A stretch of DNA of 64,000 nt from Chrysomallon squamiferum (taxonomy: Eukaryota > Animalia > Mollusca): positions 15,810,001 through 15,874,000 of the forward strand of contig CM022671.1 of NCBI GenBank assembly GCA_012295275.1. The letters are read 5' to 3'. The notes below the pieces were generated by a model. The model saw nothing but the letters and a program-made list of their open reading frames with translations. It did no database searches and was not told the origin of the DNA. The position numbers were made by a program, and so were the translations under genes. The stretch's first letter is position 1; every line of letters begins with the position of its first letter. Shown piece after piece: positions 60,634 through 64,000 of this stretch.

Positions 60634-63600
60634 TCAGGCAGCTCTTTTGTTAGAGTTTCTGTTTGTGACAATGGGCACAATCTCAGCGACCTGACGCAAA
60701 CACTGCATCCACTGACGTTTGTCGTGTTCATCATTAGCTATCAGCGTGTGTGCCTGGCCTTTCACCGAATCTTTGAATGATATTCTAAAAACATTCTTGA
60801 CTGCAAGAAAAATATTTTAAAATTATGCTTTATGCTCAAAATAATATTACATGAAAATATTGATAAATGTCTTGTTTCATCTTTAAAATTTAAAAGATAT
60901 TTTGGGTTTTTTTTTGTTTTGAAAATATTCAAATTCAAGCTTACATGTTTGTGACTGTGTGAAAGCATTTCTGAATGACCCAATTTTAACTTCAGTATCA
61001 AGAAGATCTTCGACGATGAGTTCACTGACTGGGATTGGTTGACGATACACCTGGTAACATCTTGTACCATTGTGATTAGATGCACGTGTGACAACAAGTA
61101 TCTTGTCAAACAGAAAGATATGAAGTTTCTGAAACAGAGATTTTATATTAATATAGTAATGGTAGTCATGGGCTACAGGTTATAAATTATTCTAAATTCG
61201 AAGATACCCAGGTTTTATAACAATATAAAAAGAAAAAAAGAAATGAGGACATTTATTTTTTTATGTAGTCACAAGAATCTGTCCTAAAAAGAAAAACATG
61301 GAGTTTCTATACCAAAATAGAGATAGATGGAAATAGAGTAATGGTTGTCCGTGGATTACAGAGTTTATAAATTTTTCTCTGATGAGTGTTTCTAATTCAA
61401 ATATATCCTGGCTTAGTATATTGTAAAATGAAGAAATTTTATTTTATTTATATAATTCATATGCATTATTTATGTAAAATATGGTCTTTCTGTAATGAAA
61501 CAGAGGTTATATATAATGTAGAGTAGTATGGTAGTCATGGGCTATAGTCTATAAATTATTCTATGATAATTTTAAATTCAAATATATCCAGGTTCAGAAT
61601 GACATAACAATATCAAAAATGATGAAATTGTTTATACATTCCTGCTTAACTTAGAAATAAAAGCATACATTTCCCAAACTGCAAATGTATGACCTTTTCT
61701 CATGTACCAATTTTAAACACAAATCCAGTCTACTTCTGGGTGAATGAATTAAGTTTTAAACATAACAAAAATAAAATCCTGATTACTTACACTTCCTTTG
61801 TTGTTCTTCAGAATACCACTGCAAATAAGACTTGTAGAATCTTCCAAGTCCTCATGATTCTGAAACAGCAGTCATATTATATTAAAACTTAATTATGTAT
61901 CACTCTTTAACTACCACATCAGCATAAGTTAAAAATAATTCAGACTTTTAACACAGGCTGTTTTCATTAAAAATTAAATAACAAGATTTTTCTTTTTCAT
62001 CTAATTTTGAATAAAAGACTCCTTTTTCACTTTTTATTAAAGAAATGAAACGTCTTTACAAACTTGTTGTGAAGTCTGGACTTCAAAAATAATTTTTCAA
62101 CTGATACGTATCAGAAACTTTAAAAACAATTAATTTGTTCAATGAATTAAAAAATAATAATGATGTTTGTTGCTCAATATCAAAATGTTTATATACCTGA
62201 TCATCATACAAGAAAGTTATTTTTGCTCGATAGAATCGACATTTTGCTTCACCAGTCTTCTTATCAGCTTCAGCTACAAGATGCTCAGTAAGCTGAATCT
62301 GAAAATTATTTGTAAAATAAAAATGATGTCATGTAATAACCAAGTCAGTTTATGTGGCACATCAAAAACATTTAAAGTTTTGAATGAAGGAAACAATCTA
62401 TGATTATTACTTTATAAATATTAGTATCTACAAATTTAAAGAGATTTTTAAAAAGAACAAGAAGAAAACAACAGTTCATTAAGAAGCGTATTTATTATAA
62501 TGATATATTTACAAGTTAAAATGTAGATTATTATCTTTATATATATTTTTACTTTTATCTTTCTGGATATGTTTTCATTTAATCAACAGTATGGTATCAT
62601 AATTCTGGTGGAATTTCCTTCAGATTACCAATTTTCTAAACTGTATTTTTTTTAGCAAACTCAAAGATAACCAAAATCATTTTATATAATTATTCATCTG
62701 AAGAACATTCATATTTTTTTTTAAGGAACAAATCCCTGCTTTATTTTAAGTGCCAGTATTAAGGTTTAAAGACTATTAATAGTTACTCACAGCTTTTTTT
62801 AAATATTCTGCATCTTCGTGATTGCTGTTAGTCTAAAGTAAAAAAAGTATAATGATAATAATAATAATAATAATAATAATCATATTAATAATAATAAATT
62901 TATAAGTTTGTAACCATAAAATAAGGATTAAGATGTTTAATACATTGAACTTTTGGGCATTAAGAAATAAATAAAAAATAATTTTTTCTTACATATTTTA
63001 AGATGTTTTTGATTATTAACGGATACTTCACAAATCGTCCCCGAGCACCATCTGCAAAACACAAAAACAATTACAATTAATAATTTAATTTTCCAAAAAT
63101 CAAAAATTCTTACTGTTTCTAATGCAAATAAATCAAGTATTATTCAGTATCAGATCAAAATTAAAGTATTACGTTAGCAAAGATGATTAAATTTATCATT
63201 TTAAGTATTATCACTCACAAAAAGAACAAACGGTATCACTAAAATGGTTACCTAGTAGGCTCCAGAGGTCAAGTTTTCTGCTGAATGGAGATTCCTGACA
63301 GCGCTGAAGAAAGTCGTCAACAGCCGGGTCACATTTCTTCTCATCTAACAAAGCTTTTCCAAACACTTGATTAGCGCAAAACGATACGTAGTCCTTCAGT
63401 TTTGGGACCTTCAAAAGATTAACATAACTATCATTTCTTATAATTCAACTTTCATTTATAAATTTATATGGCTGTAAAACTTGAAATTATTTTCTAAAAA
63501 GATTGTATTGATTTTAATTATTTTTATAAATCCCTACGATTTTTAGCAGAAGTGATAAAAAAGAATTAAATAGAATAAAGATTAATAATAAAAATCCAAT

Positions 63601-64000
63601 TTTAACGCATTATTTCTGAAGATAAATAAAGTTATCATGATCAGTCAGAATTGGCTTCTTTGAAGGAAAACAACATACCCAGTTGAGGATTTGTTCTCCA
63701 ACACCCTCTGTGGTTCCGTCTGGCAGTCTTTGAAACTGTAGTTGTAAAACAATTTCTGAAATAGCAGAATTAAGTAGAATTAAAAGTATTCTTTCTTCAC
63801 AGACATGAACCTTGCACACTTCTAATCAAGGATTTGTTTTCTTAAATCAGCACTTTAGAATTTTAATTTACTTAAAAGAAGATACATAATTATAAGGTAT
63901 AAAATATCTGCATCAGTAGTTTTTGAATTCTAGATAAACTCATTCAGTTTAAAAATAAAGCAAGCTTACCTTCATGTACTGGTATCAGTGAACTTATGGG
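60634..64000 (-). CDS. Rho guanine nucleotide exchange factor, ARHGEF3/NET1-like (DH-PH); 3' part only, gene continues beyond the window
   Basis: Exons 63970->64000, 63679-63755, 63252-63408, 62993-63051, 62791-62832, 62197-62298, 61791-61859, 60945-61128, 60634-60800; phases consistent. Motifs DFLQRCQESPFSRKLDLWSLLD, RFVKYPL, KTGEAKC, KLHIFLFDKILVVTR, YQVYRQPIPV, HTLIANDEHDKRQWMQCL. Confidence 0.9.
61131..61630. repeat. Three degenerate ~180-bp tandem copies in a RhoGEF intron
   Basis: Shared core ATGGTAGTCATGGGCTA...TATAAATTATTCT...AATTC..A.ATA..CCAGG near 61159, 61341 (more diverged) and 61528. Confidence 0.75.

Overview
This is AT-rich, intron-dense eukaryotic nuclear DNA from an invertebrate animal. 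Protein features and the CpG pattern suggest a lophotrochozoan, possibly a mollusc (inference). I built seven protein-coding genes exon by exon with splice-phase checks: HDHD5/CECR5 (+), LEMD3/MAN1 (+), PDHB (-), SLC25A3 (+), laminin beta (-), an ASB13-like ankyrin/SOCS gene (+) and the 3' part of an ARHGEF3/NET1-like RhoGEF (-). PDHB/SLC25A3 and laminin/ASB13-like are head-to-head pairs. The main anomaly is a reading-frame break with an in-frame TGA in LEMD3 exon 8. It could be an indel, a cryptic-acceptor switch or a +1 'shifty stop'. Other notable points are a U12-type intron and two phase-compatible first exons in HDHD5, two GC-AG introns, a possible alternative last exon of PDHB, and several Tc1/pogo-type MITEs. 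I found no rRNA, tRNA or CRISPR, and cannot establish a new biological system from sequence alone.
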